64,000 nt of DNA from Phoronis australis (taxonomy: Eukaryota > Animalia > Phoronida). Where the stretch lies: positions 550,996 to 614,995 of the forward strand of contig NMRA01000213.1 of assembly GCA_002633005.1 (NCBI GenBank). The letters run 5' to 3'. Below are positions 1 through 13,741 of the stretch, piece after piece; position 1 is the stretch's first letter, and each line of letters opens with the position of its first letter. The translations under genes were made by a program, and so were the position numbers. The notes under the pieces were generated by a model. It saw only the letters and a program-made list of their open reading frames with translations. It did not search any database and was not told where the DNA came from.

Positions 1-242
1 ATTATGATTATTTCTATGAATATGACTATTACTATTACACGCATTCATTGTCTATCAACATCTTACAGGGAATAGGGATATGCACGTATGTGTATGAGTT
101 GCATTGAAACAGTAACCAAAAACTTTTCACGTTTTAGACTGAATTTAATCTAAGTGTATTTAGAGTGTTCCAAATGTATGTTTGAGGTATTTAAAGTTTC
201 TTGATGAAACTCAAGATGTGGAGAAGAACGCACTTGACTTAA

Positions 243-1869
243 AAGGGGACTGTAGTCAAAATAATGTTGCAGTTAATCGGTTCTAACATACAAATAAAAC
301 TCACATTTGCCTGACTTGCGTGCCAAACTAAAGCCAATTCGAATTTATGGTCAAAACACTGAATTCTGAAAGCGATCGCTGATTGGCTGATGTGTCAGTG
401 ACGTGCCCGGCGGGGTATCGGCTGCTTTACACATTCATTGCTTATGTCATATTTGAAGAGTTTACATCGTAATTTATCATTGTATCAATCGTCCTTATAT
501 TTATTGTTTGCCACAGTGCTGTAAAAGGTTCGCTATGCCTTTTTGTATGGCACCTGGTTGCTCAAACTCTTCGAAAAAGGCGTCTTCTAAAGGGATGGTC
601 ATCGCATACCATCGCCGGGTTACCCAAGCCTTGGCCCAAAGCTCAGCGTAGATATGGACCTACAGGCTTTAGCCGATATGGGTAAAAAATGTACAAATAA
701 AACCTGACTCAAATAAATGTCCTTAAAACTAAGTCATCCTTGAGTAAACCTAGGAACCAGGTTCCAAGAGTAAACCAACTTCTGTATTTACCGGTGTTGG
801 AAATGTTAGCGATCGTTCATCGGCTGCTGCTAGTAAAATTGTGATGTGTTCTCGGCTTTTTGCGATTACGTCACCTGACCTTTACCAGTTTCTTTTCCCC
901 CTGATTCTTTTATCAAGTGTTTGTCGCTGACGGTACCTAGGTTGCGTACATGTTATAACAAATTATCGGAGCTTGTTTCATTTTGTTTCAAGTTTTTAGT
1001 ATTTTTACATCAGCAAACCGAATTTTAGAACAACCTTGGTGCTGCGAAGCTGTTATCATGTCCCGAAAGACGTCTCAAATTTTTATGAAATGGCGCGTGC
1101 GCCGTGTCACGAGCGTGCTGTTCTTGAAACGGACGACACACTTCTTTGTTAAAAAGGCGGCAAATTATGCTACCAAATGACGTTTATTTGATTGTTTTCC
1201 ATTTAAACGGCTGCAACGAACAATGGGAGTGTCGGGTGACTATACCAGATTTTGCATGCGCCCCCGCCGGTCCGTTAGCTTTATATGTTGATGTAGCCTA
1301 AGTTTTACGACGAGGTGACGAGCATAACTGAGTCAACTATACCCGGGTAGTCAACGGCTGTCTGAAATTTCGGGGTTAACGGAGCTCAACACACAGTGGT
1401 ACGATAGTCTTCATACAGCTACAGTAGGTAACTTACCAACCCTTCAAGTTTACAGAGCTGCCGGAGTATTGGCTGACAGCTGGCTGACTGGATGGCTAGA
1501 GTCCACATTGCCCTCGGCACAGTCACTGACACCAGTTGCACCGGCAAATTTTCGTCTGACGATGACGATGACTGGGTATCACTTTGTGTTGCCTCGGCTC
1601 AAACAGGTATCCCTGGTGACCCGACATTTCACACTAAAATTTCTTATTCCGACAATATGAAGAACGCTACTTGATTGCACGCTAACACAGGACAGTGACG
1701 TTGCCCCCGCCAAATACGTCACGAGACTAAGCAGCGCTCCAAGCCGGTAATTTTTTTAGCTTCGTTTGAGAATATAAGTTTAATTTTTGGTGTTGAATTA
1801 TTAGTGAAATTAATCATCAATTCATAGAAAACTATCCATAATTTATTCAGAATAAATTACAGTTCCCTT
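243..1869. mobile_element. Non-autonomous Kolobok-like DNA transposon with TTAA target duplication
   Basis: Left end ttaa|AAGGGGACTGTAG and right end TACAGTTCCCTT|ttaa form imperfect TIRs starting with purines and flanked by TTAA. No intact transposase ORF. Confidence 0.6.
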
Positions 1870-2684
1870 TTAAGTTCCATAGATACAGTGATAGTCTGTG
1901 AGCCCAACAAGAGGACATAAAATGTCTGCTAAACACTTGGAAGTACATGTATTGTACGCCGTCGGTCCTGAGTACTCCATGGACGGCTGCAAGGAACAAC
2001 TACCTATATGGATCTTAGAGATACAATACATAGGTGGCGTGAGTTGCGAAGTAGGATATAGAAAATGATGCTGGGACATACCCATAGCCAAAAATGTTAA
2101 TTGGTGCGTATCTGGTTAGCAGTGTGTGAAGAACTTTTCGATATTATGTCCCCTTTAGTTAAATGAACTCGTTTCATGACCTAATTAAGATGGAGTCTCA
2201 AAAAAATTGTTACAATTGAGAAAAGTACATGTCGCTTTCGTTTTGCGCAACTTTTATCCAATTAGTCAAATTTGGCCAAATGTGTCCCTCTATACTCAGA
2301 ATGTACCAATACTGCAATAACATGACTTTGAGAGCTTACCCAATGTTAAGGGAAATTTGCAGACAATCTCGCGGCGTACAGTATAAAGCATGTTTGAACG
2401 ACAAATGTCCTGTCGAGCTTTGTAGCACATTGTCGTGTCGTGTATTGATGTCGCGGGTCATTTGTCGTGACCGAGGTCAAAATCACCAAACAGACCTACG
2501 GTAGAGCAGACCGTCACGCCCACGTGATTATTGTAACAAATGGACACGAAGTCGCTGCGAGAAGGCTCGACAAAAATCTTATCTGGTTATACGGGCACGC
2601 AAATTTGATGCCGGACGCAAAAAACCATGTCTTCTGCAAGATTCGAGACGATGATGGCGATAACGCATTTACTTTTTTGCACAG

Positions 2685-2875
2685 CTGGTGAACAAAGAAG
2701 CCTGAAAATTCTGCCTGAAAGTGCGTTCAAAGCGTCATCTTTCCTTTCGCCGAATTGTTCCTTAGTGCCCACATTCAGCGGAATTGCATGGTGCGCCAAC
2801 ACCACATCGGATCCCAACGATTATATCCAGGTCGATCTTGGTGTGGACTGGGTGGTTACGGCAATCGGTACAAAG
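2685..2875 (+). CDS. Mosaic lectin/adhesion protein exon: F5/8 type C (discoidin) domain 1, N-terminal exon
   Basis: Acceptor ttttttgcacag, donor AAG|gtaat. Encodes ..AFKASSF..AWCA..DYIQVDLGVDWVVTAIGTK (discoidin motifs). Paralogous to 30288-30478. Confidence 0.9.
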
Positions 2876-4381
2876 GTAATTTTATTAGTGTTGCTTATAT
2901 TTTACATCATCGTCTTCACTGATTTCGTATAACTGCCTCGTGAAACAAATTATTTTGTTAGTGAGCGTGAACATGAAACAAACAGCTGAAATAGCAAAGT
3001 AAAAAGGTCAAAAGGGTAGAGGTCACCTACTCTAATATGAGTAGAGGTCACTTACTTGACCTCCTCGCGCGCGCGCAGACTCCAGTTCTTCCGGTGGTGT
3101 AGCTAGATGTATTTGTGGGCAGGGGGTAAAAGAAATGCTTTCGAATAACACAAATCTGTTCCAAACCCTCGACATTTTTCGCCCAAGTCACGCCGACCCT
3201 CAGACTTAAAGCAACATGGTAGGCTATTAACATTTGGTGCAAGGTACATGCAGGTATGTTTGTACATTCATTTGTAACAAAATGCCATGGATCCTTGTGG
3301 TGTTCAGTGCTTATTCAAAAGAAACCCAGTTTTACCCAAACACAGTATATTTTCTAACCTAGGGGAAATCAGAATGCACTCCAAAATGTTGTACGTAATC
3401 ACGGGCCCACAGTTTTTGTGAAAAGTGCAATGCTGTTTGTGTAGTCTTTACAGCCTTTCCTAAAGGTGCTCTTTTTGTCTGGTAAACTTGACAAGAATCC
3501 TAAGTTGAAACGAAATTGGGCAACTCGACCGGTTTGCCTATCTCAGGAATTGCCGTTATGGATAAAGGACCTCATGCTGTTGTGGTTAATTGATATGCCT
3601 CAAGCTTCTGATGTTATTGTGCTTAGATAATCAGACCCACCATAAACACAGTGGGAGCGACAATTTTTTTAGTTTCCGATTTGAAAGTTTCCAAATACCA
3701 TATTTTAATCGTTCATGAAACGTAGACGTTGTTTGGTTTTTGAATTTTTAAAATCGGACAAGAAATGTGACTCTTAGCCTATGAATTGTGAGCAAATAGT
3801 GCCCAGAGCTCTCGCGTTGTTCTGTGTCTCATTAATTCTGTGTGGTGTGCAACATAATAGGCCAATTACCAAACCAGCAGGGTGCGTTGGATTTTGAGGT
3901 AGGCCAACAGTCATCGTACAATTCTTGGCATGAGAAACAAAAATCGAAATAGGACTTATACTCTCATAAATTTCTAAGGAGTCAGGTTTTTATTTCCGTT
4001 AATAACTCAAGCCACAAGTAAGTTTCGAATTCGTAATTTTATGGTTGACCAACCCGAATAGACTCCGAACCATTTTCCGCAGTCTCTGGTGGTACTGGTG
4101 GTCTTCTTGGTAACGCAAATAGAATTCTTTCAAGGAAAGGGTAAATTTCCGACCAATTTTATGAGTCTAAAAGGCCTATCTAGGGTTTCATTACAGCCAA
4201 GTCCACGGGGCGAAATGCTGCATTAGATATGGCTTTCTAAAAAAGAGAATTGTTTGCAGTCCACATGCAAGGAAGTGTTGCCATGTTTTAGATTAAAACT
4301 CGAACAACGAAGATACATGTACATGTATTAACATTCAGAATATCCAATGTTGAAACTCTTCACTTAAGCACTAGACATGTA

Positions 4382-6160
4382 CAGGCCCATAGCCAGCAAT
4401 GCGCTGGGGGTGGTTCGAATTTCTAGAAAGGTAGACCTTTTGCAAACGTCGACACTCGAGTTTTCGGTAAGGCGCTTGAAGCTTAATTATGGGGAAGGGA
4501 AATTTGCATCTCAGCTCTATGTTCCTGGGGTAATACGGAATTTGTAATACCTGAAATGAGGATGCCGCGACGGTTGCTCGCAAAAAACGGGACTCAAAGT
4601 CGGACCTAATGTGATCCATCAAGATAGGTCTAACGTTCTCGAGTCGGAGAATGGTTTGACGTACATGTAATTTGTCATCTGATTGTATTTTCGTTAAAAG
4701 TTGCTTACATCGCTGGAAATGGGGACAGCCCACTATTAAGAAGGTTCACTATTCCAAAGGTTCACTCCTTCGAAGGTTCACCACTGCGAAGGTTCACTAC
4801 TCCGAAAATGTCTAAAATCTGACTCAGGTGTAACTGTTATACTTTTACAGGCAAAGTCTCATTCAGTCTTCTTAAGTTTAAAACCGCCGTTGATCGCCAC
4901 ATCTCGGACCGGTGCCCCAAATGTCGTCCCTATGTGAGAATTAGTCTTTAGTTAGATTCAGATCACCATTGCCAGTGATTGGAACTGAGCTCCTTTGTAA
5001 ACAATGTAAATCAATTTTGGGACTATTCAACTATTGCACACCCTTTAAATAATTACTAAATGGACACAAACACATCTCTTTATTCATGTCAGTTCTGAAT
5101 CATTAATACAAAACCAGAGGGATGAACTGTCACGTGTTCTTATTTAAAATACACGGTAATATCTCACGTAATCTCGCGGAGTCTTGCTTTTTAGCGAGGT
5201 CCTAGCGTTAATGAACGGGAGGCTTGTTTCGGAATTGTGGACATTTGAAGTAGCGAACTTCCGAAGGTATCGAACCTGAGGAGTAGTGAACCTTCGATGT
5301 AAACTTGGAAATCTTTTCCGTCATGATTGTTGCTCATATGAAATCTGCGAAGATGTTCACCATTGACATTGATCGACAAGAGAAGATTTTCTTCATTGAT
5401 CAAAGATCTAATTAGGTCTAGACTTAGCTAATCATGTGAAAATAAATTTGGTGCTTTCTCAGTGCAGAAAACGCAGTAGCTAAATGTGTGATTTTTTGAG
5501 AAACGAGAGAGTAGTCAGTAAACTTACCGTCGGTGTGTACTGACTTTAAACGAACAGAAATGCACACACGCGTACACGCATACATGTCAATCCTCCAATC
5601 CAAAATCAAAGTGGATATTTGATGAACAAGATATTTGACGATCACTTTCAATACGAAACTTGAGAATGGCTGCACTTTATCCACACTATGCTAAAAAGTA
5701 TACCAAAGTAGCAAACAACAAACACGTTTTCTGCTGTTTTGTTTTTGGTCGATCTTAAGGCATTCGCACTCACTGCTTTTGTGAAGCTCTCTCAATGCTC
5801 TATGGTTTTGGCTAGGCAGAGACATTTTCTTCTGGACTCCCTTGTTACCCTGTGGTGTAGAGACCACGCGCTATCAATGCCAATGAATAACATAAAGATT
5901 CTTCTAATCGTCATCTACGCAGTCACCACTAGGGCCAAATACCACCAGATGATTATGTGAAGCGCTTTACATCGGAAGCAAATTCAAAATTAGTTTTCAC
6001 TTGCTTATGATTGTGGTCAGTAAAACTACAGTAGTACCTACAATAATTTTGTTGCTCCACTAAATCATATCTTATCCTATCGTGTAGGCTATGGCTGGAC
6101 CTTTGCCTCGGAGGGGGTTCAATCGAACCTCCCGACCCCTGCCCCCATGTCTACGGGCCT
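4382..6160. mobile_element. Non-autonomous DNA transposon (hAT-like ends CAGGCCC(A/G)TAG); right part repeated elsewhere
   Basis: Starts caggcccatagccag and ends ctacgggcctg. The right-hand 300-600 bp resemble 43520-43845 and 46700-47268. No clear TSD. Confidence 0.45.
4739..5298. mobile_element. Foldback-like MITE with tandem ~15-bp subterminal repeats (AAGGTTCACTACTCCG)n
   Basis: Four direct copies at 4739-4806 and degenerate inverted copies at ~5228-5298 (gagtagtgaaccttcg). Confidence 0.5.
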
Positions 6161-6929
6161 GAATGTAGCTCTGAGATGAACGTCTCTTTGGGCTACGCGT
6201 ATACGAATGAATAAACGTTCGTTACTGTCGGGTGCACCTCTGTCCATGCACTGAAATCGGTGTACAAAAATGTCGAAAGCAAGTCAACAAATATAGAGAC
6301 AGAAGATATAGTAGCCTTCACAACTCGCATATTTGGCACATAGATATTGGGTTTACCGAATTATGCAATGGACAATAACACAAAAATCTCATCAATGGAT
6401 TGTCCCGATGAGCGCAGTTGGGCCTCGCGTAGAATTTGCTTTCGCTGCCTCCCACAAGCACCAACTGAGTACACATAGTGTACCTAATTATCGGACGGAA
6501 CCTAAATATCGGACATTTCATAAAATCTTACTTGAAGCATAATCTGAGGATTAAATGACAACAATTTTTGTTTCGCTGTAATGCATTCAATGTCCGGCAG
6601 CGTCTCGTTTTTTACAGCGTTGCCTCGTTTTGATTTCACCGAGAGAGGGTGCATTTTAAACCCCCAAGTGGGCCTAAAATGGGCGATCGCATAAATCGGT
6701 TATAAAAGTTGAAAATAAAATCTTTTTCCACAATGAAGCCATCTCATTGAACTGACAATATGTCACTGTTCCATTTTTTCATTTGTTTTTTTTAAACTCA
6801 AGTCAAACCCCGACCGCGCACGTGCGGGTGTCATATCAAGAAGTCAAAGAGATACTAAAAACTGCACTGAGTTTGCACGTGCTTTAGTCGTCTGCACCAT
6901 AGACTATAGTACATGGACCGCCAACTCCG

Positions 6930-8399
6930 GCAAACGCGACCCAGTCGCAAAATTACCTTTTTTTACTCTCGCGACATCTAGCGCCCAGATAGCGTTTTGA
7001 TGACATGCGCGTTAATAGAATGACCCGAGTCTTCACAAGTGGAGGAGTATTTTATGTAGGAAGTAAACACTTGCGGAGGTCGGCTTTGTTTTTGTTTTCA
7101 AATTACACTGCAGTTGTATTCGTTGATAATTGGTAAAGGTGTAAACAAAAATACTCCAAGTATATGGCCTTTTTGCTTATGATATACCTCGCATTTTGCC
7201 TAATATAACTTTTGACATAAGTAATTGGCTTGTAAAATGCACACTTTATCTATTCATAAGTCTTACACAGTCGGTCACAAAGCCGATGTTATGTTTATTT
7301 GACGCCGAATGATTGTCAATACTTGCATTTGAAGACAAAATGTTCATCTAATCAGATTTTGAATTTGTCAATGCCCCAATAACATGCAGTGCTGCGAACA
7401 CAAACCAATTTGCAAGTGTGAGGAACTGGCCGTACTAATCATGCAGTGGCGGTGATCTAGGATACCATAAAGGGGTGCCCAACATGTTGCCTCAGGACAA
7501 TGTGCAAGGTGTGATTGGCAATTGCATGTGCGTAAGCGGCCCAAAAGGTGAGGAAGCCAGCCCGCGGAAGTGCACCTTCCATTCAGGAAAATCTACCATT
7601 CGACTATCGATTAAAAAAAAGGAGCAGCTACTCCGCGGCAACTTGGACGTTCACCGCTACAGGTCCTACTTCCTAGACTAATATTTCCTCACACTCTGCA
7701 CTGTTGCCCCTTCATTTGCTTGCGGCAGCTGAGGGGGGGGAGTTGGCTAAATCCGCCTATGCTAATTCCCATAAATTCTGAAGGTGTTTCGTCTTTAGTC
7801 AAGAGGTAGTTCTTCGTGGTAAATGGAAATGTAATCCTATCAAGGTATAAAAATTTTATAAGCGTAAAGCGAGGTCGCATTTCATTTCTTACAGCTAAAT
7901 GGTGTGCAATGAAGCCTAAAGTCAAAAATAGAATGTACATGTAGGCTAATTTCAACATTCTGAACACCATAAAACTTGGTGTAAGCAGAAATATTGTATT
8001 TACCATCAGAGAAAACAACATAGGATTTGTAGTTTGCAGGTGATTCATTTTATTTTACATTGTTTCATGACACGTAAGAACCATCTTTAAGGATCTGTAT
8101 TTCTAGATTTTCAATATTAGTTAGCATTGATGAGACTTATTCAAAGCAGACACCTGCAGAACAAACGAAGTCTCAAACAACTGAGGAAGAATAAAAATGA
8201 TCATTGAATAATTTGAAATAAAAATCTCATACACACTGAATAGTGGACCATAGTTGGATATGGCATAACCTAACTTTTGAGAACCAGTTTGATGCCTATT
8301 ATTGAGTGGAGAAACTAGTTCACATCCGGTAATACGCTATCTGGGCGCTAGATGTCGCGAGAGTAAAAAAAGGTAATTTTGCGACTGGGTCGCGTTTGC
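6930..8399. mobile_element. Young non-autonomous element with ~66-bp perfect TIRs and 9-bp TSD (Mutator/MULE-like)
   Basis: 6930-6995 is the exact reverse complement of 8334-8399. Direct repeat CCAACTCCG at 6921-6929 and 8400-8408. Confidence 0.8.
7444..7761. mobile_element. Possible hAT-type MITE inside the MULE-like element
   Basis: Starts CAGTGGCGG and ends AAATCCGCCTATG, like the CAGTGGCGGA MITE family in this window. TSD not recognisable. Confidence 0.35.
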
Positions 8400-8526
8400 C
8401 CAACTCCGTATACTTTCAATGGACGAAATCTGTGATCTTACGCATAAGCCCTTACGTCATTATTCACTGGCGACACCTGGCTAAATTATCTGGTGCAATT
8501 TCCGGCAAGTACGTCGTCTGCTAATC

Positions 8527-8720
8527 ATGGTCGGCTACTGTGTGGCCGGTTGTTCGGCCACACACGCGAAATGCAAAGGAATTAGCTTCCATACCATCCG
8601 AAGACCCCATAATCGGATGTGGGAAGAAAACCTTACTTCTCGTGTCAACGTGAATGGCAGTTGTTTCAGCAATAAGACTATACATTTGTTCAAGGCTCTT
8701 CGAAGATGAATGTTTTTAAG
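8527..8720 (+). pseudogene. Frameshifted THAP (C2CH zinc finger) domain of a transposase
   Basis: MVGYCVAGCS..GISFH..W followed in another frame by YICSRLFEDECF, matching the THAP pattern CxxxGC..F(H/P)..W..CSxHF. Confidence 0.7.
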
Positions 8721-11700
8721 AGAGTATACTACTTAATCCTGTCTTCACAAATCCATTTTTGTTTTCTCCGTTTTGATGAAAACTATCTGGTAAACTTTTT
8801 GACGAAAATTATCCGCTAAATTTCTTCCAAAGGTAGTGACTCGTAAACTCTTGTCCTTACGAGGAAGTTCAGCCATAGCCTCGTGAGCGAATTAACCGAA
8901 TTACTCTTCGCTGGCCCTGATCAGACGGTTAGTCTCAGCAGAATGCGTACATTTGGCCAGGATTTGCATCAGCGATTTCAACAAATTCACATTCGTATAC
9001 AAATAAATAGAACGCTGGTAAAACCTTTAACATAAATAAAGTTTACATTAATACTTCATAAATAACCACCCGGACAAGTCAAAATCTATCTCGCAATTCA
9101 ACAGCAGGTTACACACTCATTTCATGTCGAATATATCCCGCACAAAATCTCTCGACTGCAGTCTATGAAAATGCAACCAACTGCTTTGAAAACATGGAAC
9201 AGGAACACCAGAGGGGTGTAAAGGTCGTTTTTATTCTTCAATGTTAATTTTTTTGTAAGCGGACATATGTTTTTTTAAATTTCCGCCTTAAGTCCAAACA
9301 TTTCTAAACTTAAGCCTTTCAAACGAACGTTTATGACGAAAACAAAATTCTTCAACCAGTTTAGTAAAGTCCTATGCCACCTGTAGGGTACATAATGAGC
9401 CAATGCCACTCTTAATGTAACAAAAGGGTCCCGTGCATAAATGATACTAAGTATTGCCCTTCTGAAATATTACCGTATGCGCCCTAATAAGCGGCCAGGG
9501 TGCTTAGAAAAATCCGCTTCAGGAAGGGGGCGCTTATTATAGCCCAAAAGTGGTTGAAACTCGGTCTCCGAAACAGGTGAAATCGTAAGCTAGAATTCAT
9601 CAAAGTTACGCTCTGTGTCGCATCTGTAACCTATGAACAGAGTTTCTACAAAACTGCAGTGCATTGCTATCAAACTTTGTTGTCAACTTACGAGCATTTT
9701 TCAGAAAATACCACTGCCAAAAATTGCCTTGAATCAGGTTTCAAGCTCCTCAGCTTGGTTTAACTATATATTAATAAACCATAAAAATGGTTCCAAGTGA
9801 TCAGTGCAATGCCTGCGCACGTCTAATAAATGTGTATCATGCAGCTCCTGATTTAAACAAAGGTCTGTTTTTTTAATTTTGGTTCGGTATAAATAACGCC
9901 ACAGACCTGGAAATCCAGCGAAACACTTCTACCTTACAAATCTGACAATCCCTAGTCTCATAAAATTTGAGCACCCGGCAAAAGATACTAATGATGAAAT
10001 TCTGGTGATGATAATCACCCACTTTGTTTATTTACTTCACCTCAATTTGAGACACTTGGTAAAATGAAGCCCATTCGAGTAAGCATCATGTGGGTCCCAA
10101 TGCCAACCCAATATATAATAGAACCCAACAAGGTCAAGTTGCAGTCAAATCAGGATGGGCATAAATAAGGAAATTCACTGTATCAACAGATTGGCCAAAT
10201 AAGAATAAGATACAAAGTGTTGTTACAGTGTACACGTGCACGATACTTGGTCTATTATTTTCCCGCCGTAAAGGCATGAACCAATCAGATCACCAATGGC
10301 GCAAAGTTTTCGAAAATAGCTCGATTTTTAGGGAGTCCTGTTTTACTGTTCTATTTATTTTCAAAACTTTATTATGTTACATTTAGTTTATTTTCTGTTC
10401 AACTCAATGAAGCCACCTAATATGAATGCATTCAACACAATTAATGCATTGTAAAAACCAAAAGTTATGCTCTATCAACGTTAGACAAAATCAGTACACC
10501 CCTTTCTTAAAAAATGGGTTAAAAGTTAGAAACAATTAAAGGACACTAGTTTGCATCACTTGTAACGTCGATTTTCGACATTGATGTTGGGGAGGAACAA
10601 GTCTGGCGACAGCAACACATAATCACACGAAGGCGATGATTTTCAAAATTTGATTCGTTTTCGTAGTATATGTCTTTTTTCCCTATGGTTCATGGCTACT
10701 TCTGAATCCAGGAACAAGAACTGAAAAAGGCAGGGTTCGTGATAACGTTGGAGACCGGTAACATTTATATAAGGTGTTACAACTGTCATCGATAGTGTCA
10801 TCTCCTCTGTTTTCATCCAACCTTCCCAGATGAAAACTTGAATGAAGAGGACCTTCAGTACTTGAGTGAGCATGGTATACTGTGTGATTTATGTTGAATT
10901 ATTCAACGGTTCTTTTAAGAACCATTTCACGCTATAGCTACATCCAACGGCCCTTTTAAGGGCCACTCAACACTTCCCAGAAGAACTGCTCACTTGAGAA
11001 TGTTGATTTATAAACACGCTTTCGTAGTTTTCTCAGTAGGCCTATGTGGACCATAAATCAAAAACTGTCCGATAACTATGCTGCTATTGGGCAAGCAGAC
11101 GACATAATCAGTCGGCACCGAAGTTTGAATTTTGTAATTAATTACCAGTAGCATTGCCAAAAGTACTCATAATACCAACACTTCTACCATTGAAAGACTT
11201 TGAAAAGCGTTTCAATGCCGAAATTAATATTTTTTCGTTGTTTTGGACAATAAAGTAGATGCAAGTATTTCTCGTCAAAATACACTGACCGGAAACTGCA
11301 GCAGATAGGTCAGGAGAGTTCAACTCAGCACGTTAGAATATGCCGGAGTTGCGAATCTGTTGTCTATAATCTATGTCTGCACTAATTCATCGAAACGACT
11401 TGGCGCCCTTGTCAGATTTTCATTTTATGAATAATTTTCTTGCGAATGGACCTGTGTTCTAGCAGCATATATGTCAAAACACTCGAGCTGAAATTTGGCT
11501 ACAAGGTGCCCGCGACCATTACCTGGTTAGTCAGTTTTCCGCGGTGTGGCGTATGGGGAAACATGGTGTCCGATATTTAGGTTCTCCGAAGGTTTGCTTG
11601 GTTTGTTTTTTAAAGATCAGTCGGAACATAAATGTGGCTTTCAGTGACAAGATATAGTAACAGAACAATTCCGTGAAGGTAAGTCCTTGTTTCAGAAAAG

Positions 11701-12150
11701 AATTTACAACAATCCACAGTATTTTCAATTAAATATAATGCAAAATGTGCCAAAACGTCCGATAATTAGGTCACTTGACTGTAATGCTGAAATCTGTTGC
11801 AACGCACGATGCTACAATATTTCACTGACACAGTTGTTATACAGAGTTGCACAATCAAAATGAAAAGCAACATGCAGTAGCAATTTCCACGCCACCAAGC
11901 CTTTAAGCCCATTCATGTGAATGTGTCATCCCCACAACTGCTGCATTCAATATTTGGCGATATGATTAGGCGATTCACAGTACAAAGGAATGTGAGAAAA
12001 ATAACGCCACACATTTAGATTGCATTTGTTTGTTTTCAGTTGTCCACTGGTGATTTAGTATAAGTATCTCACGACGCCGACGAAGATATGTGACTGAACT
12101 GCCGTTCCGATATAAATAGTATTTAGTTTCAGAATTATTGTTACTTATAG

Positions 12151-12261
12151 GGTAGCACAAGCCAAGACCAATGGGTTACATCTTACGAACTTTACTTGGC
12201 TATGGACGAGGATTCTGTTGAGTGCGAACCAGCTTTCCCACAGCGGAGCGTATGTAAAGCG
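12151..12261 (+). CDS. Exon: F5/8C domain 1, middle exon
   Basis: ttatag|GGT..GCG|gtaaag, 111 nt, phase 0-0. GSTSQDQWVTSYELYLAMDEDSVECEPAFPQRSVCKA contains the discoidin WVTSY motif. Absent from the ORF track. Confidence 0.85.
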
Positions 12262-12779
12262 GTAAAGAAGTAGTTGATTGTTGATTCATACCCTCATAGA
12301 TTTTCATTGAAATTTGACGTTATATCACAAGTTCCAAGGCCAAATACGTGATCTTGACGAAGTTGACAATTTCTGCCTAGATAGTTTATTGGTTTAGTGA
12401 ACTAATCACAGATGCTTAACATACTAGCACTTCCCAGAACTTACGCGGAGCATTCTCCCAGGCTTTAGCCTTAGGCAAGGTGGTTAAAGCCTAACTTCAA
12501 CGGAATTTTGTTACTTCAGATGTATTAGGCTAACCAGATAGGCCTAGCAAAGCCTTAGTAAAATAAGAAAACGCGAGTTCAATCACACAAGTGTGAGCCC
12601 GTCAAATGATAAGTGAAGCTGCCTTTTCGTGCTTTGATTTGTCTCCGCGAGATCCCACCACAAACAACAAAAGGTTGTAATGAATAGGGCTCTGAATAGA
12701 ACACCATTGCGTGCGGGTGTTATTCGCAGCTGTTTGAATTAAAAGGTGATTCTCGCGGTGACGTAGACAGAAGCGAGCC

Positions 12780-13105
12780 ACTACGCCTAACAGTTCGTTA
12801 CATTTGGCAATTTATGGCACTAGTGGGCTCAGAGCGATGCTCTTAACATACTTTTGAAACCAAATTTACATGTGTTACCGTTGAAGATAGGCTTTAAACC
12901 AATCCCTCAATGCGCAACTACACCACCTTGGGTTCACATTCTTTTGAGGCTATTATCTAGAATACATATAGAGGCTTGTTTACCCTTGTGAGATTGACCC
13001 GTCATTTCTCACACCTGCATGATATTTTACTTGTGACCTTGATCTTTACATTATGCTGGTACCTCTGAGAATGTGGAGTGCACCTCGAAACATGTCAGGA
13101 ATATG
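12780..13105 (+). mobile_element. Penelope-like element 3' fragment with degenerate hammerhead motif
   Basis: Remnant KPSLNAQLHH resembles the GIY-YIG C-terminus of the element at 51241-52064. It is followed by cct-CTGAGAA-tgtg..cac..-GAAAC-ATG-TC-agg (13062-13099). Confidence 0.55.
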
Positions 13106-13602
13106 AAGTTCTACATTAATGGCAAGAATGACGTCCGCAGTTGGCATCGATCTCTAGCAGATCAGGATTTGCTTGCTTGGGCGGAGCCTGCCAACAATTC
13201 AAAGAAAAACGTGACCTGTGCTTTCAGGAAGAACATATAAAACATTTCGAGATTTTATCGTTCTAGAAAGACGAGACTCTGGGACCTGAGATACGTGTTT
13301 CAGTTCTAATGTTCTGCCAGGTGCTGCATACTTTACACTATGTAATGTTTACGATCAGCTACGAAAGGTCCTTCCATCATTCATAAACCGGGTGTCACTT
13401 CATTAAATTGGAAGGAAGCGATTATTTTTATGAACTCAAAACTTGGACACGATCCACTGTTGGCCATACGTTCCCATGATGAATATGCAAGAAATGATTG
13501 ACATGAATTGTTATGCCATGTAGCATAATTTCAAGTGCATTGCCATAGGGCGAACAATGTTTTTGAGTATCGTTTATTGTTTCTCACAAACTCTATTTTC
13601 AG

Positions 13603-13741
13603 TTCCGTGGTAACGAAGACAGGCATTCAGAAGTTGTTAACAGACTCGAGTTCCCGCGCGTGGCACGATTTGTGAGAATTAAACCTATTGCCTATCGGAG
13701 CTGGAAGTCTTTACGATTCGAAATATACGGCTTTGCATATG
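13603..13741 (+). CDS. Exon: F5/8C domain 1, C-terminal exon
   Basis: ttttcag|TTC..TATG|gtaat. FRGNEDRHSEVVNRLEFPRVARFVRIKPIAYRSWKSLRFEIYGFAY (FxGN, ARFVRI, LRFEIYG). Confidence 0.92.

Larger units (their letters stand above)
6898..11375 (+). mobile_element. Degenerate P-element-like (THAP) DNA transposon
   Basis: Termini CATAGACTATAG / CTATAATCTATG flanked by the identical 7-bp direct repeat TCTGCAC (6891-6897, 11376-11382). Contains a THAP-like reading frame at 8527. Confidence 0.7.
6472..11781. mobile_element. Tc1/mariner (pogo/Tigger)-type non-autonomous element, outermost layer of a nested stack
   Basis: Left ta|CACATAGTGTACCTAATTATCGGACG; right end reverse complement ta|CAGTCAAGTGACCTAATTATCGGACG. 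TA flanks on both sides. Subterminal ACCTAAATATCGGACA near 6500 and inverted near 11567-11583. Confidence 0.6.

Noticed and set aside
4739-4806. Short direct-repeat array as a CRISPR
   Set aside because: No unique spacers, no cas genes, eukaryotic intron context; explained as MITE subterminal repeats.
9472-9545. Tigger/pogo-like TIR start (ta|CCGTATGCGCCCTAATAAGCG) inside the P-like element
   Set aside because: No matching opposite end found, so not called as an element.
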